NCBI GenBank assembly: GCA_963777955.1
Contig: CAVZSQ010000015.1
Span: 192,001 to 256,000 of the forward strand
Direction: 5' to 3'
DNA: 64,000 nucleotides
From: Calditrichia bacterium
GTDB taxonomy: Bacteria; Calditrichota; Calditrichia; JAJRVZ01
A program made the position numbers and the translations under genes. The notes beneath the pieces were generated by a model, which worked only from the letters and a program-made list of their open reading frames with translations, was not told the origin of the DNA and made no database searches. The first letter of the stretch is position 1; every line of letters starts with the position of its first letter. Of the stretch, positions 19,352-30,977 are shown one piece after another.

Positions 19352-19377
19352 GACTCCTCCTGAGGAGAAATTTATTA

Positions 19378-22300
19378 TTATTTTATCTGTTCTATCCGTT
19401 TTTGCGCTTCTTTTTTCAGAACCATATCAATTCCCGGCCTTTTGATGATCTCTTCGTACATGCGAATTGCTTCATCATTACGGCCTAGTTTCTCATACGA
19501 CTGCCCGGAATAATATAAAGCACTTGCTTCCCATTGTAATTTGGTTTTACGGGAAAGAAATGGTATTTTAACAAATTCAGTAATGGCTGTTTCATACTGC
19601 CCCACCTGGAAATAGGCCTCGCCGATATAAAATTGAATCTCCGGTTCCTGTTCACTGTCCGCCAGTAATTTGGTCTCTTTCAGTAATTCGACAGCCTGCT
19701 CCACCTGGCCCAGCTGAATATAGGCTCTACCCATCAGGATCTTTTTATCAACCAGGTCATTAGCCTGGGGGTAATCGCGGATATAATCCCGGGTCAGCGC
19801 CAAAGCCGCATCCCAAAAATTAACAAAAGTATAGGCTTTAATCAAGTTACTCATTACTTGCGGCTTGAGATCTGCGTTTAATGGTTTATCCAGGGCGCTT
19901 TTAAAACTGGACAAAGCACTTTCATATTTTTCAGAGCGGAAGTAGATGGTACCCATCGTATTCAAAACTGCACCCAGATTATCGCTGTTGGGATAAAGAC
20001 TGGCGAATTGAGTTAAGATGGCCAGAGCATCCTCATGCCGGTTCAGCGTCAGATAGGTTAAAGCCAGCGCATAGTCGGCGTCATCGACATAACTGGTTTT
20101 GGAGTATTTGTCTTTAACGGTTTTGTAATGCTTGACCGCAGCATCATAATTGTTATGTTGCCGGTAATACTCGCCGAATTCATACTGGAATTCAGCCAGA
20201 GTATTCGGTGCTGTCTTTAAATTTTTTATTATAGGCACTGATTGCGGTTTCGGCCTGCTGCTTCTTGCCGTCTCTGATTAAAGCAATGACATATCTGGCG
20301 GCAACATTTATTTCTTCCGGTTTTCCCGCGACCAATTTTTGCAGGTCAGCATAACTCTGGGCAGCTAAATCATTTTTCCCGGTGTTCAGATAAGTCTGAG
20401 CGATATTACTTAAAGCTTGTTGATAGCGTTCTGCATCGGAGGCAGTGACTTTGTTAAAACTGGTGATAGCGCTGCCGGGATCATTGAGGGTAAGATAAAT
20501 TTCGCCCAGCAGAAAATGGGCGGCATCGGAATATGGTCCCTGCGGATCCCAGGCCAGATAAGTGGCTAAATATTTCTGAGCGTCATCCCACTTTTTCAGA
20601 GCTGAGTAAGCACGTCCCAGTTTATATATTACTGATTTTTGAGCCGGTGATACAAATTCCCGGTTTAATACGACGTCGTCCAGCGCAATGGTTTTCAACT
20701 GGTTTTTATATAATCCGATGGCTGCATCATACTGACCTGAAAATAAATAAGTATCGGCAATCAGAGATTGATCTGCTTCTGCCTGCCGCGTATAATAATA
20801 ATCATCCCGCAACTTGCTGAATAACTGGCCGGCTTCCTTATAACTGTCCTTTTCCATATAAATCAAACCCAACTCATGTACAGCCCGGGCAGCAGTGCTG
20901 GAATTGGGATAAGAACTGATAATGCGGCGGTAATCATCCGCAGCATTACCGGTTTTTAATTTCTGACTGATCATCGCCCGGTTATAAAGATAATCGGGAT
21001 AAGCCTGGCTCACGCTGTATTGCTTGCTCAGCAGGTCATAGGTTTGATAGGCATCCGTCAGGGTGGAGTCATTCTGGGCATATAGTGCGGCCAGTTGCGC
21101 GTACCAGGTTTCACGATTCTTGCTGGTTTTATATTTTTCCAGCAGTGTCTCCAGATAACCAATTTGTTTGCGCCGCGGCGATTTTTCGGCGGCAATTCCT
21201 ATCTGCACAAAATCCCAGGCCAATTGGTCCGGCTGACTGGAAGTACCGATATTGCTCATCGCCTCACTCAGATTATCCTTGGCTTTTTTCAGGCAGGATT
21301 CAGTTTCAGCTGCACTATTTTCCCGGCGCTCAGCCAGGTGCCAGTAAGTAAGACCGATCTGCTGCAGCACATCAGTGCGCACGGACTGACTATCGGCACT
21401 GTTCAATGCATTCTGAAACTGGAGCAAAGCACTGTCGTAATCTTTCAGATTCTCGAATAATTTGCCCAACTGTACCTGCAGTTTACTGTCTGCCTGTTTG
21501 TTGATCACATTACCCAGCAGTACTGCCAAATTACTGAAGCCGACACTCTGATCAACAATTTTATACCTTTCTAAGTAGGTCAGATTCTGCTGAGCCTGGG
21601 GCAGGAAATCACTGCTGGCATACTTTTCGACTATTTCCCGGTATATCCTGGCACTTTCGGCATTTCGTGACAGTTTTTCACAGGCTAGTGCATATTCGTA
21701 AAGCAGATCGTCCTTCTCAGCAAATTTTTCCTCGGTATATAAATCAGGCTCGATATCGCGGATAATGGACAGCCAGTCATTTCTGCTCTTATAAAAAGCA
21801 ATCAGAGTAATCTTATCCTGGCGGTTAAAATGCCCTGCCGACTTAAGATAATTTAACGCAGCAATACCCTGCTCATATTTGTTGAGATTCAACAGCCACT
21901 CGAAAAATAATTGCTTGGCTTCCTTAAATCCAAAACTACTATAATAACTGGAATCGCCGAGAAGTTCTTCGAGATACTCGGTACCTTTCGACAGATTTTT
22001 TTGATTGGACCAGCATAAGGCACCTTTCAGACGGCGCACCACATAAGCGGTTTCCTGTTTGTCTACCGCACTCTGATCGTATGCTTTTAAGGCCAGGCCG
22101 AATTGTTTAGCCAGATAATAAGCATCACCTAACTTCTCCTGCAAGCTGTGCTTTCAGGATTGCCGGCGGATTTGAATTGATGCCCTGATTGAGTACTTTC
22201 TGGGCGTCAGTGTGCCGGTTTTGCACCAGATAAACCTGCGAGAGCGCCAGGGCAGTTGATTGATATACAGAACTTTTATTATAGCGGTCGCAGATCTTCT

Positions 22301-23015
22301 GGTAGTACTCGACAGCGCTGCTCAAATACCCACTGGTCCGGTCCATCTCACCCAGCGCATAGAGTGCCTGTGCTTTTAACTGATCGCTGCTATTACTATC
22401 CAGCACTTTGTTCATCTTTTCAATAGCTTTGCTGCGCTCCCCTTTCTGGATGAATATCGTGCCATGATCCAGCACAGCAGAAAAATATTCCGGAGATTCT
22501 AAATAGCGGTTCTGGATTAAAATGTAAAGTTGCTCGGCTTTATCCAATTCCTGTAACTTCTGATAGGCCTCACCGGCGCGCAGAATACTCTTGGCAGCCA
22601 CCGCATGATCCGGATGCAGATTCTTTACTATTTCATAGGACTTGGCGGCTTCTTCATATTTACCCAGCAGGGTGTAACATTCACCCATCATGTACCAACT
22701 GTCGGCAGCCCGCGAACTGCTGGGATAATTGACAGCCACACCCTGAAATTCCACCCGGGCGTTGGAATAATCCTTGAGGTTATAGAGGCTTAAGCCGGTA
22801 TAGTAGGCTGCCTCAGCCACCCGGTTACTGTTGGGATAACGATTGGTAAAGCGGGAAAATTGTTTAGCGGCTAATTCGTAAAATTGTTCATCGAATAATT
22901 TCAGGGCATATGAAAAATCATCACTTTCTGAATTTACCTGGGCAGAAAGTATGGTCAGGCCCGAGAGCAATACAATAAACGTAATAAGATTAAACTGGCA
23001 TTTGCATAATTTCAT
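19378..23015 (-). CDS. Large secreted multi-TPR protein (~1200 aa), split by frameshifts near 22135 and 20220
   Basis: Three consecutive overlapping ORFs, all with TPR/BamD-YbgF-like repeats (YPNS..A.Y..G); signal peptide LSA|QV. Confidence 0.85.
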
Positions 23016-23018
23016 AAG

Positions 23019-25235
23019 TTACTCATCAAGTTCCACGGGAGTTAGATTTGCATACTGGGCAATTAATTTTTTATGAATGTTGCCCTCGAAGTTAACCGAA
23101 ATTTTCATTTTATCGCCATGCCCTTCGATACCGACTACCTTTCCCCGGCCGAACGTTTCATGATAGACCAGGGTGCCGATTGCGAAACCGATATCACTCT
23201 CCTGAGACATTTCATGATGCCGGAAATAGTCCAGTACCTTTTTACGGTGCGATTGTTTGCGCTTTTTGGAATAAATACGCTCTGTTTTGCGGGAAGTTCG
23301 CAGTTCGGTGAATTCCGGAGGTATTTCATCGAGAAATAGAGAAGGTTCATTGCTTACTACACTATTGTACTTTCTTCTGCTGCGGGCAAAACTGAGATAT
23401 AAATTATCCTGAGCCCGGGTCATGCCCACGTACAACAAACGTCTTTCTTCTTCAAGTTCAGCATGCTCGGCTGTGTTGCGTTGCAGTGGAAACAGACCCA
23501 TTTCCAGACCGGTGATAAACACTACCGGGAACTCGAGTCCTTTAGCCGAATGCAGGGTTAACAGAGTGATTGCATTTTTGTCTGTTTCATATTCATCGAC
23601 GTCGGACATCAGGGCGACTTCTTCCAGGTATACGCTCAAGCTATTATCTTTCTTTTCCCTGGTTCTTTCCGCGGTAAAATTTTCAATCGAATTGAATAAT
23701 TCATAGATATTTTCCAGACGGTTCTCGCTCTCATACTGATCGTATTCATTTTTAATGTGAGTCATGATTCCGGTTTCCTGCGCCAGGGATGAGGCCAGTT
23801 CCGCCGCCGAGATATCTTTACTGAGCGCCCGGTACTTCTTGATCAGATCGTAAAATTCAACCACCCGGTTGGACATTCCTGCCGAAATTGAAGCTATTTC
23901 AGTGACCCGGCCCATACCTTCGAACAGGGATATTTTTAGTGTCTCAGCATATTTCTCAATCTTGTTGACTGTAGTCTCCCCTACACCCCGCAGCGGAAAA
24001 TTGACTATACGACGCAGACTCACGCTGTCGGCAGGATTGGTGATTACCTTGAGATAGGCCAGGATATCTTTTATTTCCTTGCGCTCATAAAATTTTAGTC
24101 CCCCCACCACCGCGTAGGTCAGGGCATTCTTGCGCAATTCATCTTCCAGGGCTCTGCTCTGCGCATTAGTCCGGTATAAAATAGCGATATCCCGGAAAGT
24201 CCGTTTGTTGGAGTACATTTCATTATGAATGATTTCGACCACCATCTTCGCTTCTTCCGTTTCATTCTCAGCTTCCATGATAACGATGGGATCGCCTTTT
24301 TGTTTGTTGGTAAACAGGGTTTTACCCAGTCGTTCCTGATTATGCGCTACAACTGCATTGGCCCCTTGCAGTATGTTCTTATTCGAGCGATAATTTTCCT
24401 CCAGTCGGAATATACAGGTATCGGGAAAATCTTTATCAAAGTTCAGAATATTATTTATATCGGCGCCGCGCCAGCGGTAAATGGACTGATCTTCGTCTCC
24501 CACCACGCAAATATGGTTATCTTTATGCGCCAGACGGTGGACAATCTGATACTGGGGTTTATTGGTATCCTGGTACTCATCGACCAGTATGTACTGAAAT
24601 TTCTTTTGATACTTGCGCAGCAGTTCCGGATATTGATCGAACATTTTTAGCGGTACCAGCAGCAGATCATCGAAATCCATGGCGTTATTTTCAATTAAAT
24701 AGTGATTATAACGCCTTAATACCTCGGCCAGACTCTGTTCGAACTCATCTTTGGCCTTTTTTTCGATTTCTTCCGGTGTGGCCATCATATTCTTAGCATG
24801 GCTGATCCGTGTCTGATACAATTTGGGCGGATAAACCTGTTGTGGTATATTGAGGGAACTCAAAACCTTGCGCACCGCGCTGACCTGGTCGTCGGTATCG
24901 TATATCACAAAATTCCGGTTGTACGGCAAGCGCTCCGCTTCCACACGCAGAATACGGGCAAAAATCGAGTGGAACGTACCGATCCACAATTTATTAAAAT
25001 CTGTTTTAATCAGGGAGGTCAGGCGGTCACGCATTTCCTGGGCTGCTTTATTCGTGAAGGTCACGGCCAGGATACGTCCGGCATCTACTTTTCTTTTCTG
25101 TACGAGATGAGCAATGCGATAGGTAAGAGTACGCGTTTTGCCGCTACCTGCTCCGGCCAGGATCAGCAGATGCTTTTTCTCGCTGGTAACTGCTTTTTGC
25201 TGTTCCTGATTCAGATCTTTCATATTGAGCAACAT
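23019..25235 (-). CDS. pcrA: ATP-dependent DNA helicase PcrA/UvrD
   Basis: AGAGSGKT, TFTNKAA, VDEYQDTN, VGDEDQSIY, LEENYRS, HSAKGLEF, EEERRLLYVGMTRA, C-terminal Tudor-like domain. Confidence 0.95.
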   Translation of the reverse strand: MLLNMKDLNQEQQKAVTSEKKHLLILAGAGSGKTRTLTYRIAHLVQKRKVDAGRILAVTFTNKAAQEMRDRLTSLIKTDFNKLWIGTFHSIFARILRVEAERLPYNRNFVIYDTDDQVSAVRKVLSSLNIPQQVYPPKLYQTRISHAKNMMATPEEIEKKAKDEFEQSLAEVLRRYNHYLIENNAMDFDDLLLVPLKMFDQYPELLRKYQKKFQYILVDEYQDTNKPQYQIVHRLAHKDNHICVVGDEDQSIYRWRGADINNILNFDKDFPDTCIFRLEENYRSNKNILQGANAVVAHNQERLGKTLFTNKQKGDPIVIMEAENETEEAKMVVEIIHNEMYSNKRTFRDIAILYRTNAQSRALEDELRKNALTYAVVGGLKFYERKEIKDILAYLKVITNPADSVSLRRIVNFPLRGVGETTVNKIEKYAETLKISLFEGMGRVTEIASISAGMSNRVVEFYDLIKKYRALSKDISAAELASSLAQETGIMTHIKNEYDQYESENRLENIYELFNSIENFTAERTREKKDNSLSVYLEEVALMSDVDEYETDKNAITLLTLHSAKGLEFPVVFITGLEMGLFPLQRNTAEHAELEEERRLLYVGMTRAQDNLYLSFARSRRKYNSVVSNEPSLFLDEIPPEFTELRTSRKTERIYSKKRKQSHRKKVLDYFRHHEMSQESDIGFAIGTLVYHETFGRGKVVGIEGHGDKMKISVNFEGNIHKKLIAQYANLTPVELDE

Positions 25236-25238
25236 GGA

Positions 25239-26291
25239 TCATCTACTCGGTTTAAGGGTTCGATTCCGTTGATAGACTTCACGTCTTATTTTATCAAATT
25301 TTGCTTTTTCCTGCACATGTTCCACAGCACTTCTGGTAAAAGTATGCCGTCCATCTCCCCGGGCTACAAAATATAAATAATCAGTTTGGCGCGGGTAAAT
25401 CGCAGCCATGATAGATTTTCTGCCAGGATTATTTATCGGACCCGGAGGCAGACCGTGATACTTATAGGTATTATAAGGATTATCTATCTCCAGATCCTTT
25501 AAGAGTAAACGTCGAGGTGAATCCTGAAGAATATACTGAATAGTCGGGTCTGCTTGCAATTTAATTCTGTGCAACAGCCTATTATGATATACCGAAGAGA
25601 TAGTCGCTCGTTCATCATCGAAAATGGCCTCGCCTTCAATAATCGAAGCCAGGGTGAGAATCTGGTGAGGCGTAAAATTTAAACGGTCTAATTGAACCTG
25701 TACCGTATCGGAAAAAATCTGCAGGCACTTTTTGACCAGCAGATCAACAATTTCCCTTTCAGACGTATTCCAGTAGAAATAGTATGTATCCGGTAAAAGA
25801 TAACCTTCAAGTGACCGGGCGGCCACTCCCAACCGGGCAATTACCTGCTGATCATAACACAGCGCTTTGAATTTTTCCGGATCTATGTTGAGTTCCTGCT
25901 GTAACTCAGCAGCAATCTGAGGGATGCACCACCCTTCCAGCAAGGTGACCCGCAATTCTTTATTATGTGCAGTGGATAGGAAAGTGACCAGTTGGGGATA
26001 ATTAAGATCAGCCGGTACCTCAAAGTATCCTGCTTTCAAGGAGCGGTCCCGCTGCAGGGTTTTGGCCCAGAACAGGAAGGTCTTTTTATCGCCAATCAAC
26101 TGCTTGCTCAATAATGTATCAGCTATAGCTTCGATATCCACCCCTTTGGGAATCTTCACTACTTTTATCTCTGCGGACCTGATCTGAGCCGGTAACTGGA
26201 AATAATCCACCAGCCGGGCTACCACAATGGGGATCAGCAGTAAAGTCACAATTAACAGATACCATGCAATTTTCCTGATTATCAGTTTCAC
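25239..26291 (-). CDS. mltG: Endolytic transglycosylase MltG
   Basis: LEGYLLPDTY, LASIIEGE, LQADPT, PYNTY..GLPPGPINNPG, YLYFV. Confidence 0.95.
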   Translation of the reverse strand: MKLIIRKIAWYLLIVTLLLIPIVVARLVDYFQLPAQIRSAEIKVVKIPKGVDIEAIADTLLSKQLIGDKKTFLFWAKTLQRDRSLKAGYFEVPADLNYPQLVTFLSTAHNKELRVTLLEGWCIPQIAAELQQELNIDPEKFKALCYDQQVIARLGVAARSLEGYLLPDTYYFYWNTSEREIVDLLVKKCLQIFSDTVQVQLDRLNFTPHQILTLASIIEGEAIFDDERATISSVYHNRLLHRIKLQADPTIQYILQDSPRRLLLKDLEIDNPYNTYKYHGLPPGPINNPGRKSIMAAIYPRQTDYLYFVARGDGRHTFTRSAVEHVQEKAKFDKIRREVYQRNRTLKPSR

Positions 26292-26324
26292 TGGCCCATC
26301 CGCCGTAGCAGCACTTCCTGCTTT

Positions 26325-27362
26325 TTATTCCTGAATAAGGTTGACACGGTTGGTGAATTCTATCAGTTTTTCCAGTTTGTTCAGGGCCGCTCCGGATTCA
26401 ATCGACTGGCGGGCGCGACTGATACCTTCCCAGATAGAATCAACTTCGCCACCCACCTTTATAGCCGCACCGGCATTGAGCAGAACAATATTCAGGGCGG
26501 CCGAAGGAACTCCATGCAATACATCCATCAATAGGCGTTTGTTGTCTTTAATCGATTGAGACTGGATGTTTTGAATGGGAGCAGTTTCCATGCCAAAGTT
26601 ATCAGGACGGATCATGTATTCATAAATATTGTCATCAACCAGTTCACAGATGATGGTAGGACCGCTGATCGAGATCTCATCAATGCCTTCACAGCCGTGC
26701 ACGGCCATTACCTGTACAGATCCCAGTTCCTTTAATACTTCCACCACCAGTCGCACCAGACCCCGGTCGTATACTCCGATCAACTGCCGCTTGATACCGG
26801 CCGGATTGGTCAGTGGATTGAGAATGTTAAAAATGGTGCGGACACCGATCTCTTTCCTGGGTCCCAGGGCATAACGGCCGGCTGTCTGCAATCTGGGTGC
26901 AAACAGGAAGGCAATGCCGATTTCGTTCAAACAGCGGGACAATTCGCCCGGTGATACATCAAGGTTGACCCCCAGAGCCATTAATACATCAGAACTTCCG
27001 CATTTACTGGAGATCGACTGGTTGCAGTGCTTAGCTATGACCACACCGGCACCGGCGGCTACCAGGGCTGCTGCGGTGGATATATTAAAAGTATTGAGAT
27101 TATCCTCTCCGGTGCCACAGGTATCAACCATGTCATCAATTTTTGCAGGCACACGCAGGGTTTTAGTATTTATCGCCTCCACAACACCCGCGACCTCTTC
27201 GACAGTTTCTCCCTTCATTCTTAAGGCAACCAGGAAGGCTGCAATCTGTGCATCGGTAGCCTCCCCGTTCAAAAGTTTCAACATCAGTTTTTTACTTTCA
27301 GCCCGGTTTAAATTCTTACCCTGAATTAAATTATTGATGGCGGTTTGCATGATGTTGGACAT
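26325..27362 (-). CDS. trpD: Anthranilate phosphoribosyltransferase-like protein (some motif substitutions)
   Basis: DTCGTG, TFNIST, AKH.N.S.SS..GS.D, RTIFN, LTNPA, GIDEIS, LNAG. Confidence 0.8.
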   Translation of the reverse strand: MSNIMQTAINNLIQGKNLNRAESKKLMLKLLNGEATDAQIAAFLVALRMKGETVEEVAGVVEAINTKTLRVPAKIDDMVDTCGTGEDNLNTFNISTAAALVAAGAGVVIAKHCNQSISSKCGSSDVLMALGVNLDVSPGELSRCLNEIGIAFLFAPRLQTAGRYALGPRKEIGVRTIFNILNPLTNPAGIKRQLIGVYDRGLVRLVVEVLKELGSVQVMAVHGCEGIDEISISGPTIICELVDDNIYEYMIRPDNFGMETAPIQNIQSQSIKDNKRLLMDVLHGVPSAALNIVLLNAGAAIKVGGEVDSIWEGISRARQSIESGAALNKLEKLIEFTNRVNLIQE

Positions 27363-27378
27363 AGCTTTTACCCGGTCT

Positions 27379-28221
27379 TTATTTTATATTAAACTTTTGT
27401 TTATACTGTTTAACTAATAAAGACATCTGTTCATGTACAGGTATGGATTCTGTCAAATTAATGCAGGTTTGATCTATTTCCCAGCCTGCGTTTGATCTTG
27501 TAACCTGCAGTAAAGCTACACCTTCGCCATCCCGGCCCGATCCGAGAATAGTAGTATTACCAATCAACTGGGCTGAAGGGTATTGTTCATGCCCCAGCAA
27601 AATTAAATCTAGTCTGGGATATTGCCGGGCTAAGGTATTGGCTTCCGCTAAGGTTCCGTGGTAGATCATACAATTAAACGTATTTGTATCGTCTTCCGGA
27701 AAGACGGGAAGTATTTTGTCCAGCTGCAGGTAATCCGGTTTGGGTATAAAAGAAAAACATGCCGGAGATAAGTAGGCGGAGATATTAATCCGCTGTGATT
27801 TAAAGTTAAAGGTCCGGACAGCCGATCTGGATTGTCCGGTATTGGCTGCAAACCAGCTCTTGCCCAGCAAAGTCTGAATCCGGGCAGTGAATTGCTCATT
27901 CTCCACAAATTCCTGGTCACCCGGTACAAATAGATCAAAATGCAATAACCGCAATGCTTCCAGCATGGCGGTATTCAGAGGTAAGAAAGAATAAGAATTG
28001 AAGTAGTCGCCGCCGCTGAGCACCAGAAGATCCTGATATTTTTCACGGGATTGTTCAATGACCGTCATTAGCCGGTCCACCCCGCCAAGCGGTTCTTTAC
28101 CGCATCCGCAATTTTCCAGTGTACCGTTAATATTGGCAACATAGAGAATGGTAAATGAAGCCTGAGCCGGCAGTATCAGCGGGATCAATGAAACGATCAG
28201 GATAATAATTACTTTGTACAT
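27379..28221 (-). CDS. Secreted UshA/5'-nucleotidase-like metallophosphoesterase-fold protein with CGC motif
   Basis: ANINGTLENCGCGKEPLGG, SGGD, PGDQE, LILLGH; signal peptide. Confidence 0.7.
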   Translation of the reverse strand: MYKVIIILIVSLIPLILPAQASFTILYVANINGTLENCGCGKEPLGGVDRLMTVIEQSREKYQDLLVLSGGDYFNSYSFLPLNTAMLEALRLLHFDLFVPGDQEFVENEQFTARIQTLLGKSWFAANTGQSRSAVRTFNFKSQRINISAYLSPACFSFIPKPDYLQLDKILPVFPEDDTNTFNCMIYHGTLAEANTLARQYPRLDLILLGHEQYPSAQLIGNTTILGSGRDGEGVALLQVTRSNAGWEIDQTCINLTESIPVHEQMSLLVKQYKQKFNIK

Positions 28222-28239
28222 GCCTCTGGCCTGTTTTAC

Positions 28240-29515
<1,276 letters not shown>

Positions 29516-29697
29516 GATCACTCGCTGGATTTAATTTATTTCCCGCAAAAAAACACCCTCCGCTACTAAATTGCCTGACGCTCTATAAAACTTTTTCGCA
29601 CATCGGAGGGTTATAGGATAAAATAGTACGTCTAACTTCGCAAGTATATGTAGTATATGTGCTTTATCCAGTCAGAATGTACAGTTAATCCCGGCGG

Positions 29698-30033
29698 TCA
29701 GAACGAAGCAACTGCTTCTTCGAACGTACCGCATATATGAAAAACCGTATTTAATTTTGTCGATTTAAGCAAGGCCAGCACTTTATCAGGAACATGGATC
29801 AGGCGAAGTCCGCCTTTATTATTTTGCAGCAGGGTAACTGCACCGATCAGAATACCCAGGCCCGAACTATTCATCAATTCAACATTTTTCAGGTTGATAA
29901 TTATCTTGATCTTTTTCTCATCGATCAGCCGGTTGATGGCATCGTTTATTTCAGTCGCTTCGGGCCCGCCCATAATTTTTCCGGTCAGGGCCAGGGTAAC
30001 CAATCCTTTTTCTTCGCTGACAGTATACTTCAT
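29698..30033 (-). CDS. STAS-domain anti-sigma factor antagonist
   Basis: INLKNVELMNSSGLGILIG phosphorylatable-Ser motif. Confidence 0.88.
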   Translation of the reverse strand: MKYTVSEEKGLVTLALTGKIMGGPEATEINDAINRLIDEKKIKIIINLKNVELMNSSGLGILIGAVTLLQNNKGGLRLIHVPDKVLALLKSTKLNTVFHICGTFEEAVASF

Positions 30034-30043
30034 ACCTTATCCC

Positions 30044-30954
30044 TTATTTTTGTTTGGCAGGCCGTAAATGCCAATCGACTACCAGGGCGGTGGCTATCCA
30101 GATACTGGAATAGGTTCCGATGATGATACCGAAAATCAGAGCCAGCGAGAAATCACGCAGTACTTCTCCGCCGAAAAAGAATAGTACCACCACAACCAGC
30201 TAAGGTAGTCGCAGAGGTGATGATCGTCCGGCTCAGGGTTTCATTAATACTGCGGTTGACAATCGCCACATATCCTGCCGAATCTTTGGCCCGCACTCTC
30301 AGATTTTCTCTGACCCGGTCAAATACCACAATTGTATCGTTAATCGAATAACCGATCAGGGTAAGCACGGCCGCGACGAATCTGGGAAGATATTTCGATA
30401 TCGAGTACAGAAAAGAATTCCAATGGTTATCAATGAGTCATGAAACAGAGCCAGGATGGCAGCCACTGCCATATTTGAACTGAAACCGCCACATGATATA
30501 GATCAGCATCAGCACCATCGCCCAGAGTACAGCATATAATGGCATCTGTGATCAATTCTTTACCGATTTTAGGACCGACTTTTTCAACCCGGGCCTCGAT
30601 AAACGGATTATCCGGTAAGACTTCTCGGATAATAGGTTCAATGATCGGAGCCAGTTCCTCGCCTTCCTTTTTGATATTGGCCCGAATGACGACTTCGTTC
30701 TAACGCACCATAATGTTTTATTTCACTATCGCCATACCCCGCGGCGGAAAGTCGCGGAACGGATTTGTTCGATCTGTACATCCTTTTCAAATCTTAATTG
30801 AAGCAGAGTACCACCGGTGAAATCCACATTATAGCGCGGACCACCGTGCATGATCAGGGAAATAATACCGATTAACAAAAGAGTGGCACTGAAAATATAT
30901 CCATATTTTCGTTTACCTATAAAATCGAAATTAGTATTCAGTAGAAAGTTGCAT
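30044..30954 (-). CDS. secF: Protein translocase subunit SecF (several frameshifts)
   Basis: Fragments across frames: [68 protein letters not shown]; immediately downstream of secD. Confidence 0.9.
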
Positions 30955-30977
30955 TTTAAATAGGCTCCCTGGCTAAA

